Origin: Gemmatimonadaceae bacterium
GTDB lineage: Bacteria; Gemmatimonadota; Gemmatimonadetes; Gemmatimonadales; Gemmatimonadaceae
Reading direction: 5' to 3'
NCBI GenBank assembly: GCA_046589725.1
Contig: JBKJUW010000030.1
Span: 92-64,091 of the forward strand
Length of the DNA stretch: 64,000 bases
Shown: positions 1 to 9,722 of the stretch, in pieces
How positions within the stretch are numbered: position 1 is the first letter of the stretch
Layout: each line of letters begins with the position of its first letter
Program-made: the position numbers and the translations under genes
Notes under the pieces: generated by a model
Databases searched by the model: none
The model's input: the letters and a program-made list of their open reading frames with translations, nothing else
Told to the model about the DNA's origin: nothing

Positions 1-186
1 AGAATGGCGGCGCGGTACAGAATAACGTACCGAATCTCTCGAACGACCACAAGGGTCCGGTAGGGTGCATAGAAGTTATGACTGGTCTGGCCTCCGAACT
101 TCGCGTGGGTTCATTCCTCGCGCGTTAGACGGAGTCACCAGAGCCCCCTGCGACGATGCCCCTGTCGCATCACCGGAGACCAACCC

Positions 187-459
187 ATGTCATCCCTTGT
201 TGCTGGTCCTGCTCCTCGCTCCATCATCGATCTCGGCATGGATGTACACAAGGACTCGATCACCATCGCCGTGCTCGCCGCGCTCGCGAAGGCCCCGACG
301 CGGATGGACAAGCTGCCCAATGACCTGCCGAAGTTGAAGAAGTGGATGGAGCGGGTTGCGCGCGACGGGGAGATCCAGGCGTGCTATGAGGCGAGTGGCG
401 CGGGGTACGTGCTTCATCGCGCGTTGCGCGACTGGGGCTACGCGTGCGCGGTGATCGCC
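187..459 (+). pseudogene. IS110-family transposase, N-terminal fragment only (C-terminal domain missing)
   Basis: Track ORF 187..573 reads IIDLGMDVHKDSITIAVL...IQACYEASGAGYVLHRALRDWGYACAVIA, the DEDD/RuvC-like N-domain pattern of IS110 transposases. Resemblance ends near 459 and no C-terminal transposase domain follows in any frame. Confidence 0.6.
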
Positions 460-626
460 CTGTATCCGACGCGTACGGAACGAAAGCGACTTACGCGCTT
501 GAAGTGCAACGACGGATGTCGCGAATCGGCTTTCAAGAGTGCGAAATTCTTACCCGCGAGCAGTCGGACCTGAGCTGGCAGTGCATCGTAGCATCGCCAG
601 AACTCAGCGGACGCGTGATGCGTCAA
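438..626 (-). pseudogene. small RelE/ParE-superfamily-like toxin, 3'-truncated
   Basis: 62-aa ORF with the pattern F..CYDALP..V..LA...F.LL..D..HPSLHFKRV....SVRVG.YRAI of a widespread small toxin family. It stops 4 aa after YRAI, where homologues continue about 25 aa. Its TTG start overlaps the upstream stop (TTGA). Confidence 0.5.
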
Positions 627-823
627 AGCGCGCGCGACTGCCCACTGCGGTGCTGGCGGAGAGCCGCCTCGGCCAAGGCATCGAGCTTGCCGGCCTGCAA
701 ATCAGCGGTGATCTGGCCATCCCAGGCCGCAGCGTCGAAGTCGAGAAACCAACGGCGAAATTCGGAGAGCTCGGGCGCCGAGAGGGTCTCGACCTCGTGC
801 TCCAGTTGATCGATTTTGCTCAT
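623..823 (-). CDS. small antitoxin-like protein, partner of the truncated toxin
   Basis: 66 aa and acidic, with the pattern LSAPELSEFRRWFLDFD...WDGQI..D...GKLD.L..EAL typical of the antitoxin encoded just upstream of this toxin type. It has a 4-nt overlap with the downstream ORF. Confidence 0.55.
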   Translation of the reverse strand: MSKIDQLEHEVETLSAPELSEFRRWFLDFDAAAWDGQITADLQAGKLDALAEAALRQHRSGQSRAL

Positions 824-1076
824 GTTTCAATATAGAGTGGCCGAGCGACATCTGGGGCCGGGTCGAGTCGGGTTCGTCCGCCGGGCGAATCGGTGCGCAG
901 GCTCCGGCGAGACGAGGGCTGCGGAACGTCGGAGCGACAGTTCTCAGCGCGTTGCAAGAGGTGGTGGTTTGCCAACGCCCAAGTTGAGCTGCGGGCGAAT
1001 CAAATAAGAGCGAGCGTAGCGAGCAATCAGTCGATCGCCCGACAGGTTCAGCGCACGTTGGATTGCGGCTTGGCGG

Positions 1077-1721
1077 TTAGGACTCCGGATTGCGTTTGGT
1101 CGGGCGACTACGAAGGGCGTCGAGGTGCTGCTCGCGCATCAACATGTGCTCAGGCGCCACCTGCTGGTAGTTTGGCAAATTCGCTTTTTCCTTCTCGGTT
1201 TCGTTGATCGCGGCCAGCTTCGCAAGTTCCGGGAGTATTTCTTGTCCACGCGCCAATGTCGCATCGAGTCCCGTGTTGAAGACGTCGATAATGCGGAGGA
1301 CCATCGTCTCGCAGTCACGCGCAGCTGAACTCCCGACCTCCGCAACCTTGAACTCGTTCAGTGCCACTCCGAAGGACGCGACATTGCGATTGATAGCATC
1401 GTACTGTCCGTAGAGGAGAACTACCTTTCGAAGCAAACGAGAGGGCAGCTCGCTCACCAGATTAGATGCGGCGTCCCAAGCAATGGTCGACATCTTGAAG
1501 TCCGACGGTACTCCTCTCGGATTGAGCTGACGGGCATGAGCTTGAAGAAGGAGCAGCTCCGTGTTCATCGCCACTTCTGCGGTGAGAAGTACAGCCGCCC
1601 GCCGTCGATCGCGGCGCGGACGCCAAAGGAGCTCAAGAAGGGCCGACCCTCCCGCGCCGGCGAGAATTGCGAGCAGCACCGTGCCGGCACCACCTGATAG
1701 CCATTCCCAGAATTCAGCCAC
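1077..1721 (-). CDS. hypothetical membrane-anchored protein (one N-terminal TM helix, helical C-terminal domain)
   Basis: 214-aa ORF. N-terminus GAGTVLLAILAGAGGSALLELLW followed by RPRRDRRR. Local GC is visibly lower (about 47-55 percent in sampled 60-nt lines) than the rest of the window. No recognisable family. Confidence 0.5.
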   Translation of the reverse strand: MAEFWEWLSGGAGTVLLAILAGAGGSALLELLWRPRRDRRRAAVLLTAEVAMNTELLLLQAHARQLNPRGVPSDFKMSTIAWDAASNLVSELPSRLLRKVVLLYGQYDAINRNVASFGVALNEFKVAEVGSSAARDCETMVLRIIDVFNTGLDATLARGQEILPELAKLAAINETEKEKANLPNYQQVAPEHMLMREQHLDALRSRPTKRNPES

Positions 1722-2089
1722 GATAAACTCCGTATCTCAACGGTGCCGCTATCCAACGCCAATTATGCGGTCACAATATCCAGCATGCCGCCGATAAAGC
1801 TGCAAGCTCTTGCTGGATAACGACAGGCCACCGCCTCAGCGGCACTGTAACACCGCGCATCAGTTGTAGTTGGCGACCCAGCGCGTCGCAGCGGCGTAGA
1901 TAAACCGGCAAACGCACGCTTGATAATCTGCAAACAGCGTCAAAAGCGGCCGAGCATCAGCGGGAACGCCATTTCGGCGCGCCAGTCTGACCGCGCCACA
2001 TTTCCCTCACGAACCAACCTCGAATACCGAACGCGACACGCGCGGCGACTGCGCGGGAAACGAACCCGCTAGCCGACGCACTGGAGACT

Positions 2090-2869
2090 CTAGAAGGAGC
2101 GCGCCAGAATGAGCTTCATGACCAGCTTGTCCGACGCAGCCGTAAACCCATACCCCGCTCCGACCTCCACACTGAACGTCCCCCGCGACACATCCGTCAC
2201 CGCAAAGAGACTCTGCGGCTGCTCACTCCTCGACGCAAACCCATTCAACGGTCCGAACTCCGAATACTGCTCGAGCGCGACAGCCCACTCAGGCGTGATG
2301 TTGTTCGCCACCCGTACCGACGGCGCAAACACCAGCTCACCGAACCCGTCGAATGACGTATCGAGAATCGGATTCGCAATCACGTCCCACGACCCGTGCC
2401 GCACGCCCATGATGGGTCGAATCTCTGCACTGTACCGCGCCGTGTCCCAGTGCTTCGCGTTCCGGCTGTACTCGAAGTTCACGCCATAGAAGAAGCGGCG
2501 CGACTCGGCATGCGGTACCGCGAAGAGCGCGCGCAGCTTGCCGCCGTCGAGCAGGACGCTGCCGTCACGCGTGATGGAATACACCGGGAAGTACGCGCCT
2601 GCCTCGAACCACTCGTTCACGCCATACGCCCACTCGAACGCACCGTTCACGGATCCGTGCGGAACCACGCCGCCCGGAATGCCAGCGACCTTGATCCCGC
2701 GCTGAGTGTAGTTCGCGTGAATGGTGAGGCTGGACTCGTGCACACCAGCCAGCTCACCGGTGTAGACCTGGATCTCATCGGCCTGGGCGCGCGCGGCGCT
2801 TGCCGGCAACAGCGAGAGCATGCCAGCAACCATGCCGACGGCGAGACGGTGATTCATTGTGCTGGACAC
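2090..2869 (-). CDS. outer-membrane beta-barrel protein (MetA-pathway/phenol-degradation-like transporter family)
   Basis: 259 aa with signal peptide ...LLPASAARAQA, alternating beta-strand pattern rich in aromatic residues and Gly, and a C-terminal aromatic residue (..LILARSF). Confidence 0.65.
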   Translation of the reverse strand: MSSTMNHRLAVGMVAGMLSLLPASAARAQADEIQVYTGELAGVHESSLTIHANYTQRGIKVAGIPGGVVPHGSVNGAFEWAYGVNEWFEAGAYFPVYSITRDGSVLLDGGKLRALFAVPHAESRRFFYGVNFEYSRNAKHWDTARYSAEIRPIMGVRHGSWDVIANPILDTSFDGFGELVFAPSVRVANNITPEWAVALEQYSEFGPLNGFASRSEQPQSLFAVTDVSRGTFSVEVGAGYGFTAASDKLVMKLILARSF

Positions 2870-3067
2870 GTTCGTGGGAGAAAGGAAACGGCGGAGGCGG
2901 GGTCAACAGCCTGTACGCCACCCGCCGCCAAGGTGTTGTTACCAGATGCGCACGCCCGCCGAGCCGGGCCTCCACACGGCAGCGACGCATCGTGCCGCTG
3001 CTGGGAGCATGAGCCGATTCGTCGACGGATTGCGCGTTCTTCGCAGACTCAACTCTGCGAGGATCGG

Positions 3068-3553
3068 ATGATCACATTGTCACATTGCCGCATCACCACA
3101 TGCTGGCTGCTGGTCATCGCACCGTGCTCAATGGCGACGGCCCAGACTGCGGGCAACTTGCGACTCGGCGCGGGCCAGCACGTGCGCATCGCGACGCGCG
3201 ATGGTGCTACCCTCTCGGGCTACGTGAGGGCGACAACCGACACGAGCATCAGGCTCCGTGTTCGTGGTTTTGCCGACGACAGCATCGTCTCTGTGGCGAG
3301 GGCAGCGATCGTTCACGCTGAGGTGGCCGAGTTACAGGACTACAGCGAGCGTAAAGCCCTGATTGGCGGCGTCGCGGGACTCGCCACGGGCGCTCTGGTC
3401 GCGTGGGCGCTGAACAGGAGCGAATCGTGCAGCGTCCCGGGGGAGTGTGTGCGAATTGACTTCTTGCCTCTCACTTCCGCGCTCGGCTTCGCCGCTGGGC
3501 TGCTCCTCGGCTGGTTCCAGAGACCCAGTAGTTGGGTCACCGTGATGCCGTGA
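3068..3553 (+). CDS. hypothetical secreted/membrane protein
   Basis: Only the 3' third of track ORF 2396..3553 looks coding. The ATG at 3068 gives MITLSHCRITTCWLLVIAPCSMATAQ (signal-like), and there are two C-terminal hydrophobic helices (LIGGVAGLATGALVAWAL, LTSALGFAAGLLLGWF). Confidence 0.5.
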   Translation: MITLSHCRITTCWLLVIAPCSMATAQTAGNLRLGAGQHVRIATRDGATLSGYVRATTDTSIRLRVRGFADDSIVSVARAAIVHAEVAELQDYSERKALIGGVAGLATGALVAWALNRSESCSVPGECVRIDFLPLTSALGFAAGLLLGWFQRPSSWVTVMP

Positions 3554-3693
3554 TGTCCCTGGCGAGAACGGGCCGACGCGCCATCTCGCACGGCCAACGT
3601 GAGCTGGACACGTCCAGTGCCTCGGCGTTGCCACCTTTCGGCCCGTCAGAGGTAGAAGCGCGAACACACGGCAGCTGGATATCCCGCCACCGC

Positions 3694-4002
3694 ATGCCCA
3701 TGACCGAACCACGCGAACCGTTGTCGAATGCTGGGCAGCGCGATCGCCAGCGGAACGAAGCGCGTGCACGCGAACTGCTCGAGCAGGAAAGGCAGTTCAT
3801 CAGGGCGCAGCGCCGCCTGGTCGCCGAGACGGGGTTGGGAGTGATTGCCAGTTGCGCCATCGGCCTGTACCTGGTGGGCTGGGCAGTCCACACAACCGAC
3901 GCGAGATTGGGCGAAGTGGCGTTCTGGTGCGGGCTGGTCGTCGGAGATATTGGCATGGTCACCTTTCTCCTGCGACATTTCCGGCGCATCGAAGACATCT
4001 GA
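3694..4002 (+). CDS. small membrane protein (two TM helices)
   Basis: Internal ATG at 3694 of ORF 3532..4002. The charged N-terminus (RDRQRNEARARELLEQERQ) is followed by GLGVIASCAIGLYLVGWAV and VAFWCGLVVGDIGMVTFLL. Confidence 0.45.
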   Translation: MPMTEPREPLSNAGQRDRQRNEARARELLEQERQFIRAQRRLVAETGLGVIASCAIGLYLVGWAVHTTDARLGEVAFWCGLVVGDIGMVTFLLRHFRRIEDI

Positions 4003-4014
4003 ACCCCGTGCACC

Positions 4015-4794
4015 GTGAAGATCGCACTCGCCAACCTCCGATTCCCCGCCACTCCCGACGAATCCGTCACGCTCGCCCAGGACGCGATCAGGCGTGCGTC
4101 GGCAGAGGGTGCGCAAATCGTCTGCTTTCCCGAATGCTACGTACCCGGCTACCGCGCGCTCGGCAGGCCCATACCCGCGCCCGACTCCGCGTTTCTCGAG
4201 CAGGCCTGGACAGCCATCGCCGAAACGGCGGCCGAGTCGAACGTCGCCGTCGTGCTGGGCACTGAGCGCAATGTGGAGGGGGAGCAACGCATCACCGCGC
4301 TCATCATCGACCGCGACGGAACGAGGCTTGGTTTCCAGGACAAGGTGCAGCTCGACCCGTCCGAAGAGAGTCTCTACCTGCCGGGCTCCGGGCGGAATGT
4401 CTTCATGGTTGGCCCGCTGACGTTCGGAGTCGTGATCTGCCACGAAGGGTGGCGCTATCCTGAGACCGTGCGATGGGCGGCGCGGCACGGCGCACAGGTC
4501 GTCTTTCATCCGCACTTCGGTGAGGCCGAGCCGGGCTCCTATCGACCGACGACATTCGCGGATCCGCTCAACACGTTCCACGAGAATGCCATTCTGTGCC
4601 GAGCGGCCGAGAATACCGTCTACTTCGCGAGCGTGAATTGCGCGAGCGAGGGTTCACCGACGACGTCCGCCGTCGCGCGCCCCGATGGGACGCTTCTCGC
4701 GTGGCAACCGTATGGGGTTGATGGGCTGCTCGTGGCGGATATTGACACGACGTCAGCGACTGGCTTCCTCGCCTCGCGCTGCCGCCCGGCCTAG
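4015..4794 (+). CDS. carbon-nitrogen hydrolase (nitrilase superfamily)
   Basis: 259 aa with candidate Glu-Lys-Cys triad contexts VCFPECYVPGY, FQDKVQL and GVVICHEGWRYPE. Confidence 0.85.
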   Translation: MKIALANLRFPATPDESVTLAQDAIRRASAEGAQIVCFPECYVPGYRALGRPIPAPDSAFLEQAWTAIAETAAESNVAVVLGTERNVEGEQRITALIIDRDGTRLGFQDKVQLDPSEESLYLPGSGRNVFMVGPLTFGVVICHEGWRYPETVRWAARHGAQVVFHPHFGEAEPGSYRPTTFADPLNTFHENAILCRAAENTVYFASVNCASEGSPTTSAVARPDGTLLAWQPYGVDGLLVADIDTTSATGFLASRCRPA

Positions 4795-4825
4795 TCGCGC
4801 TTACCACACACCGAGGATCGGACGT

Positions 4826-6286
4826 TTGCCTCTCCCGCGATGCGTTGCCTTCACCCTTCCACGTTCGGCTGCGCGGGCGATTGCGACGGCACTCCTGCTT
4901 ACGCCGAGCGCACTTCTCCAGGCGCAGCGCGGACGAGCCTTCGACCGCGTCATACTTGGCGGCACGGTCATGGATCCGGCTTCGGGGTTGAATGCCGTTC
5001 GAAACATCGGCCTGCGCAACGGACGCATTGCCGTCATCACCACCTCGGCGCTCGGGGGACGCGATACCATCGACGCGCGCGGACTCGTCGTCGCACCCGG
5101 CTTCATCGACATTCACGCGCATGGACAGACGGCCGAGACGTATCGCTTTCAGTCGCTCGATGGGGTGACGTCGTCGTTCGAGCTGGAGCTCGGAACCGCG
5201 GATGTGGCCGATTGGTATCGTGCGCGTTCGCCGGGGCAGAGGATCAACTACGGCGTGAGCGTGGGTCACATCAAGGTGCGCATGGTTGTGTTGCACGACT
5301 CGGGCACCGTAATGCCGACCGGCCCGGCGGCGTATCGTGCGGCGACGCCGGCTGAGATGCGCGAGGTCGAGCACCGGATTCGGGTCGGCTTGAACGAAGG
5401 CGCGCTGAGTGTCGGTGCCGGGTTCACGTACACGCCAGGCGCGACGCGCGAAGAGTTGCTCTCCATCTTCCGTGTGGCCGCCGCGAACCACACGCCAGTG
5501 CACGTCCACATTCGCGTTGGCGCGGTGGGGCTGGCGGAGGCAATTGGATTGGCAAGTGAGGCCCACGCGTCTCTGCATGTCGTGCACATCAACAGCGCCG
5601 GCTTGTCGGAGACACCGGCGATGCTGCAGATGATTGCCGATGCGCGTCGCTCAGGCCTCGATGTCACCACGGAGGCATATCCGTACACGGCCGGCATGAC
5701 GGAGATCAAGTCGGCGACGATCCAGAACAGGTATCGCGATGCGCCAGATTCGCAGATGGCCGACATCGAGTGGCCGCTCACGGGTGAGCGCCTGACCCGC
5801 GCGAGCTTCGCGCGATACAGCGCGATCGGGGGACCGGTCGTGGTGCACGGCAACACGGAGGACATGGTGGCAGCGGCGATCGGCAGTCCGCTCACGATTA
5901 TCGGGAGTGATGCGTACTGGCAGGACGGCACCGGACACCCGCGCACAACCGGCACGTTCTCGCGCGTGCTCGGCCGCTATGTGCGCGATGCGCACGTGCT
6001 CACGCTGATGGAAGCGCTGAGGAAGATGACGCTCATGCCCGCGCGGAGGCTCGAGGCGCGTGTGCCCGCTATGCGACGGAAGGGTCGTCTCGCCGTTGGG
6101 GCAGATGCCGACATCACCCTCTTCGACGCCGCGACGGTAATGGATCGCTCGACCTACCGCGAACCGTCGCTGCCGCCGGTTGGCATTCGGTATGTGCTGG
6201 TGAACGGTGTGTCGGTGGTCGCGAACGGGAGGGCGGTCGAGGATGTGAGTCCCGGACGTGCCGTGCGTGCGCCTGTAAACCGATAG
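4826..6286 (+). CDS. D-aminoacylase-like amidohydrolase (N-acyl-D-amino-acid deacylase family), probably secreted
   Basis: FDRVILGGTVMDP...NGRIAVI...VVAPGFIDIHAHGQ metal-binding start and amidohydrolase-fold length. The track ORF starts at 4685 inside the nitrilase gene. A TTG at 4826 gives a signal-like N-terminus. The start is uncertain. Confidence 0.8.
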   Translation: MPLPRCVAFTLPRSAARAIATALLLTPSALLQAQRGRAFDRVILGGTVMDPASGLNAVRNIGLRNGRIAVITTSALGGRDTIDARGLVVAPGFIDIHAHGQTAETYRFQSLDGVTSSFELELGTADVADWYRARSPGQRINYGVSVGHIKVRMVVLHDSGTVMPTGPAAYRAATPAEMREVEHRIRVGLNEGALSVGAGFTYTPGATREELLSIFRVAAANHTPVHVHIRVGAVGLAEAIGLASEAHASLHVVHINSAGLSETPAMLQMIADARRSGLDVTTEAYPYTAGMTEIKSATIQNRYRDAPDSQMADIEWPLTGERLTRASFARYSAIGGPVVVHGNTEDMVAAAIGSPLTIIGSDAYWQDGTGHPRTTGTFSRVLGRYVRDAHVLTLMEALRKMTLMPARRLEARVPAMRRKGRLAVGADADITLFDAATVMDRSTYREPSLPPVGIRYVLVNGVSVVANGRAVEDVSPGRAVRAPVNR

Positions 6287-6567
6287 TTGGGCATTCGCGG
6301 AGGCGCTCGGCAGCACCGAGCGGGCGGCAACCTGGATGCGGACGGCGAATCGTGCGCTGGATGGCGAAGGGGCTCCGCTGTTCAACTTCGGCCCGGAACA
6401 GCAACTGACTGTTGGACGCTTTCTCCTGGGTGCTATCCGGCGTCAGAATCCTCCACTACTGTCGCGATGCGACCACCAACAGATTTGCACGAATCGGTCG
6501 AATGACTGCGTTGGTAGTTTAACGAAACCTTGGCCTTGTCTCACGCACCCTTTCATCAGATCCACCA

Positions 6568-8253
6568 ATGCAGATCATTCATTCGCGACTCTCTCTCCTC
6601 GCCGTGGCCTTCGGTGCAGCTGGATGCCAGGCGAAGACAGACGCCCCCGCATCCACGACCGTCGCGGAAGCAGTCCCCGCCGAGGCCATCGCCGCGATGG
6701 ATACTGGTAGCATCATGCGGCACATCCGCGTGCTCGCGGCCGATTCACTCATGGGACGACAGCCCGGTACGCCCGGTGAAGACAAGAGCGTCGCGTATAT
6801 AGAAGGCCAGTTCAGGGCGATCGGCCTCAAGCCCGGCAACACTGATGGCACCTACATTCAGAAGGTGCCGCTCGTCGGCATCACGGTGAAGGGCGCGCCT
6901 TCGATGACGTTCGCCAAGGGCGCGACGAAGAAGACACTGAAGTGGCGCGATGATTACGTGGCGTGGACGAAGCACGTGGAACCCTCGGCCACACTGAACA
7001 ACAGTGAGCTGGTATTCGTCGGCTACGGAGTGGAAGCGCCCGAGTTCAAGTGGGACGACTACAAGGGTGTCGATGTCGCCGGCAAGACACTCGTCATGCT
7101 GGTGAACGACCCACCGCTCGCTGACACCGCGCAGTTCGGCGGCAAGCGCATGACCTACTACGGCCGCTGGACCTACAAGTACGAGCAGGGGATGAAGCAC
7201 AAGGCGGCCGGTGTCCTCCTCGTGCATCAGACCGAACGTGCGGGCTATCCATTCGCCGTCGTGCAGGGCAAGACCGCCGAGCAGTTCGATCTCGTGACGC
7301 CCGACAAGAACATGAGCCGCGCGGCGGTGGAAGGCTGGATCACGCAGGATCAGGCGAAAGCGCTGTTCACCATGGCGGGCCAGGACTTCGACACGCTCGT
7401 CGCCCGCGCCGCGACGCCCGCGTTCACCCCAGTGCCACTCGGCGTCACTGCGACGGTGAAGCTCGAAAATACACTGCGCACGATCGACTCACGCAATGTC
7501 ATCGCGAAGCTCGAGGGCAGCGATCCCGCACTGAAGGACGAGTATGTGATCTACACGGCGCACTGGGATCACTTCGGGATCGGCGAGAAGGTCAACGGCG
7601 ACAGCATCTACAACGGCGCGCTCGACAACGCGAGCGGTGTGGCGGGGTTGATCACCCTGGCGAAGGGCTTCGCGGCAATGCCGACGCCGCCGAAGCGCTC
7701 CATTCTCTTCCTCTCCGTTACCGCGGAGGAGCAAGGGCTGCTCGGCTCTCAGTACTACGCGGTGACGCCGATCTATTCGCTCGCGAAGACGGCGGCGAAC
7801 ATCAACATGGACGTATTGAACCAGTGGGGACCGACGTCGGATCTCATCGTCATCGGACTCGGCAACTCGGAGCTCGACGACTACGCGAGTGCCGCCGCGG
7901 CGGAGCAGAAGCGCACGCTCAAGCCCGACGCTGAGTCCGAGAAGGGGTTCTACTATCGCTCCGACCACTTCAACTTTGCGAAGGTCGGCGTACCTGCGTT
8001 CGATCCCGAGGCGGGAACGGATTTCGTCGGGAAGGCGAGCGGCTTCGGCATGGCGATGCGCGACTCGTTCACCACGAACGACTACCACAAGCCGTCGGAC
8101 CAGATCAAGCCCGGCTGGAACATGTCGGGGGCGGTGCAGGACCTCGATCTCTTCCTCACGATGGGCTACCGGATCGCCAATGCCGCTAAACTGCCCGAGT
8201 GGCGACCTGGTAACGAATTCCGTGCGGCGCGGGAGAAGAGCCTGAAGCCGTGA
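6568..8253 (+). CDS. M28-family aminopeptidase with PA domain, lipoprotein
   Basis: Lipobox LLAVAFGAAGCQ, a PA-domain insert, and M28 metal-ligand contexts TAHWDHFG, NGALDNASGVAGL, SVTAEEQGLLGS and YHKPSD. Confidence 0.85.
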   Translation: MQIIHSRLSLLAVAFGAAGCQAKTDAPASTTVAEAVPAEAIAAMDTGSIMRHIRVLAADSLMGRQPGTPGEDKSVAYIEGQFRAIGLKPGNTDGTYIQKVPLVGITVKGAPSMTFAKGATKKTLKWRDDYVAWTKHVEPSATLNNSELVFVGYGVEAPEFKWDDYKGVDVAGKTLVMLVNDPPLADTAQFGGKRMTYYGRWTYKYEQGMKHKAAGVLLVHQTERAGYPFAVVQGKTAEQFDLVTPDKNMSRAAVEGWITQDQAKALFTMAGQDFDTLVARAATPAFTPVPLGVTATVKLENTLRTIDSRNVIAKLEGSDPALKDEYVIYTAHWDHFGIGEKVNGDSIYNGALDNASGVAGLITLAKGFAAMPTPPKRSILFLSVTAEEQGLLGSQYYAVTPIYSLAKTAANINMDVLNQWGPTSDLIVIGLGNSELDDYASAAAAEQKRTLKPDAESEKGFYYRSDHFNFAKVGVPAFDPEAGTDFVGKASGFGMAMRDSFTTNDYHKPSDQIKPGWNMSGAVQDLDLFLTMGYRIANAAKLPEWRPGNEFRAAREKSLKP

Positions 8254-8254
8254 G

Positions 8255-9493
8255 CTAACGGATCACCGTGGCGCCGACGAGCATGCCAATGGCACCGAGC
8301 GTCGTCTGCGCCGCGTTGAGTCCGAGCTTGAAGTCCTTGTCGGTATAGGTCGAGAAGACGTCCGTGACCTGGTGCCACTGCGGATCCCATCCGGCGCCGA
8401 CCTCACGTCCGCGCTCGTTCTCGCGCAGGCTGATCGCGGCGACGATGTCCTGGAACGGCCCGCTGTCGGTGTTCGTCATGTGTGGCCCGACGGCGGCGGG
8501 ATAATTGGTCGCGTACTTCTCGTTGGCCGTGTGAAAGAACCACGCGAGCTTCTGCGACTCGGCGGACATCTTCGATGCGGACTGGAACTCGATGTTGACG
8601 TCCGCTTCGGGGCGCTGCTCGGGGCTCATCGTACCGTCCGGACGCGGCATGCCGTGGTCGAACAGCATCATGTCGTGCTGGATCATGCCGAGCCACTTCG
8701 GTTCCGGGTACTTCCCGGAGCCGGCCGGACTTTCCTTCCCCTGCAACGCCTCACGCTGCACGACGTACGCGCGGGCACCGTTGAGTCCCGTCTCCTCGTT
8801 GTTCCAGAGCGCGAAGCGGATGGAGCGGTCGGTCTTCACGTCGGGCATGCTCATGATGCGCGCGATCTCCATCACGAGCGCGGTACCGGATCCGTCGTCG
8901 TTCGCGGCTTCACCCCAGCCGTGTCCGTCCATGTGCGCCCCGATGATGTACATCTCCTCGGGGTGCGTGCTGCCGACTTTGGTGCAGTACACCTCCTGGC
9001 GCATGCCGGGCTTCGTCGGCTGCATGTTGAGCGCGCGGAGCGCGAGGTCCTTCTGCGCGAGCGAGTCGGTGTTCACGCCCGTGCGGGTGCGCACGCCTCG
9101 CATGCGTCCCCCGCCCTGCGCAGTGCCGAACGCGGCGGCCTGCATGCGTGCGGCTGCCGCCGCGGCGCGACCCGCGCTGTCGAGTGTGGACGCGACGGGC
9201 GCGGCGGGTTGGAAGTCGTACGTCAGTCGCTCGACGTTCGTGCAGCCGTAGCTCTTGAGTTGTGTCTCGATCCACGTCACTGCGTTCGCGTTGCGATCGG
9301 TGCCCTGGCGACGATCGCCGAATTGGGTGAGACCCTTGACCGTTGCCTTGTAGCGGGCGAGGTCGAGTCGGCCGGCGAGAACCTGCACGGGATCGGCGGG
9401 GGCCTGGGCGTATGCAGGGATCGTGGCGAGCACGGCGAGCGCGCAGAGGAACGAGGTCTTCATGTGGGGGACGTGGATGGTGGAGGTTCGCAT
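8255..9493 (-). CDS. M28-family peptidase, secreted
   Basis: IIGAHMDGHGWGEAANDDGSGTALVMEIARIM...ALWNNEETGLNGARAYV. The signal peptide MKTSFLCALAVLATIPAYAQA means the true start may be the second Met at 9463. It converges on the previous gene with a 1-nt gap. Confidence 0.85.
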   Translation of the reverse strand: MRTSTIHVPHMKTSFLCALAVLATIPAYAQAPADPVQVLAGRLDLARYKATVKGLTQFGDRRQGTDRNANAVTWIETQLKSYGCTNVERLTYDFQPAAPVASTLDSAGRAAAAAARMQAAAFGTAQGGGRMRGVRTRTGVNTDSLAQKDLALRALNMQPTKPGMRQEVYCTKVGSTHPEEMYIIGAHMDGHGWGEAANDDGSGTALVMEIARIMSMPDVKTDRSIRFALWNNEETGLNGARAYVVQREALQGKESPAGSGKYPEPKWLGMIQHDMMLFDHGMPRPDGTMSPEQRPEADVNIEFQSASKMSAESQKLAWFFHTANEKYATNYPAAVGPHMTNTDSGPFQDIVAAISLRENERGREVGAGWDPQWHQVTDVFSTYTDKDFKLGLNAAQTTLGAIGMLVGATVIR

Positions 9494-9504
9494 AAAAGTA
9501 CGAA

Positions 9505-9631
9505 CCGCGACGACAGTTGGCGGACTTTCGGAAAGAACGGATCTCGGACCCGGACGTCGGACTCATTGTCGTACCCGAAAGCCGGGTTCGAAGTCCGAGT
9601 CTCCCGTTCTTTCCGCCAACTGTCGTCGCGG
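9505..9631. repeat. palindromic dispersed element, 'open' form (inverted 19-nt cores about 90 nt apart)
   Basis: CCGCGACGACAGTTGGCGG at 9505-9523 and its exact complement CCGCCAACTGTCGTCGCGG at 9613-9631. The inner GGAAAGAACGG / CCGTTCTTTCC also pair. The interior is rich in CGGAC/GTCCG sub-hairpins. Confidence 0.85.
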
Positions 9632-9722
9632 TGCCGCAATTCAGCAACTTGCTCCGCGTGCCAACCCCTATCCTGAAGCCGGAACGATCGTAGCTTCCGA
9701 CGAGGATTCGCACCTTCACTGC

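Noticed and set aside
2396-3067. N-terminal 224 codons of the 385-aa ORF 2396..3553
   Set aside because: This part is antisense to the well-supported outer-membrane protein gene (2090..2869) and is Arg/Ala-rich with no features. Only the part from the ATG at 3068 looks coding.
3646-5587. Long minus-strand ORFs 3646..4581 (311 aa) and 4568..5587 (339 aa)
   Set aside because: They are antisense shadows of the nitrilase and D-aminoacylase genes in GC-rich DNA. They are Arg/Ala/Gly-rich with no motifs.
9584-9596. tRNA-like T-loop GGGTTCGAAGTCC
   Set aside because: The flanking bases cannot form a T-stem (CCGGG against TCCGA), and no acceptor or anticodon arms can be drawn. The sequence lies inside the palindromic element.
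8372-9676. 434-aa plus-strand ORF
   Set aside because: It is an antisense shadow of the M28 peptidase gene 8255..9493 and runs through the repeat element.
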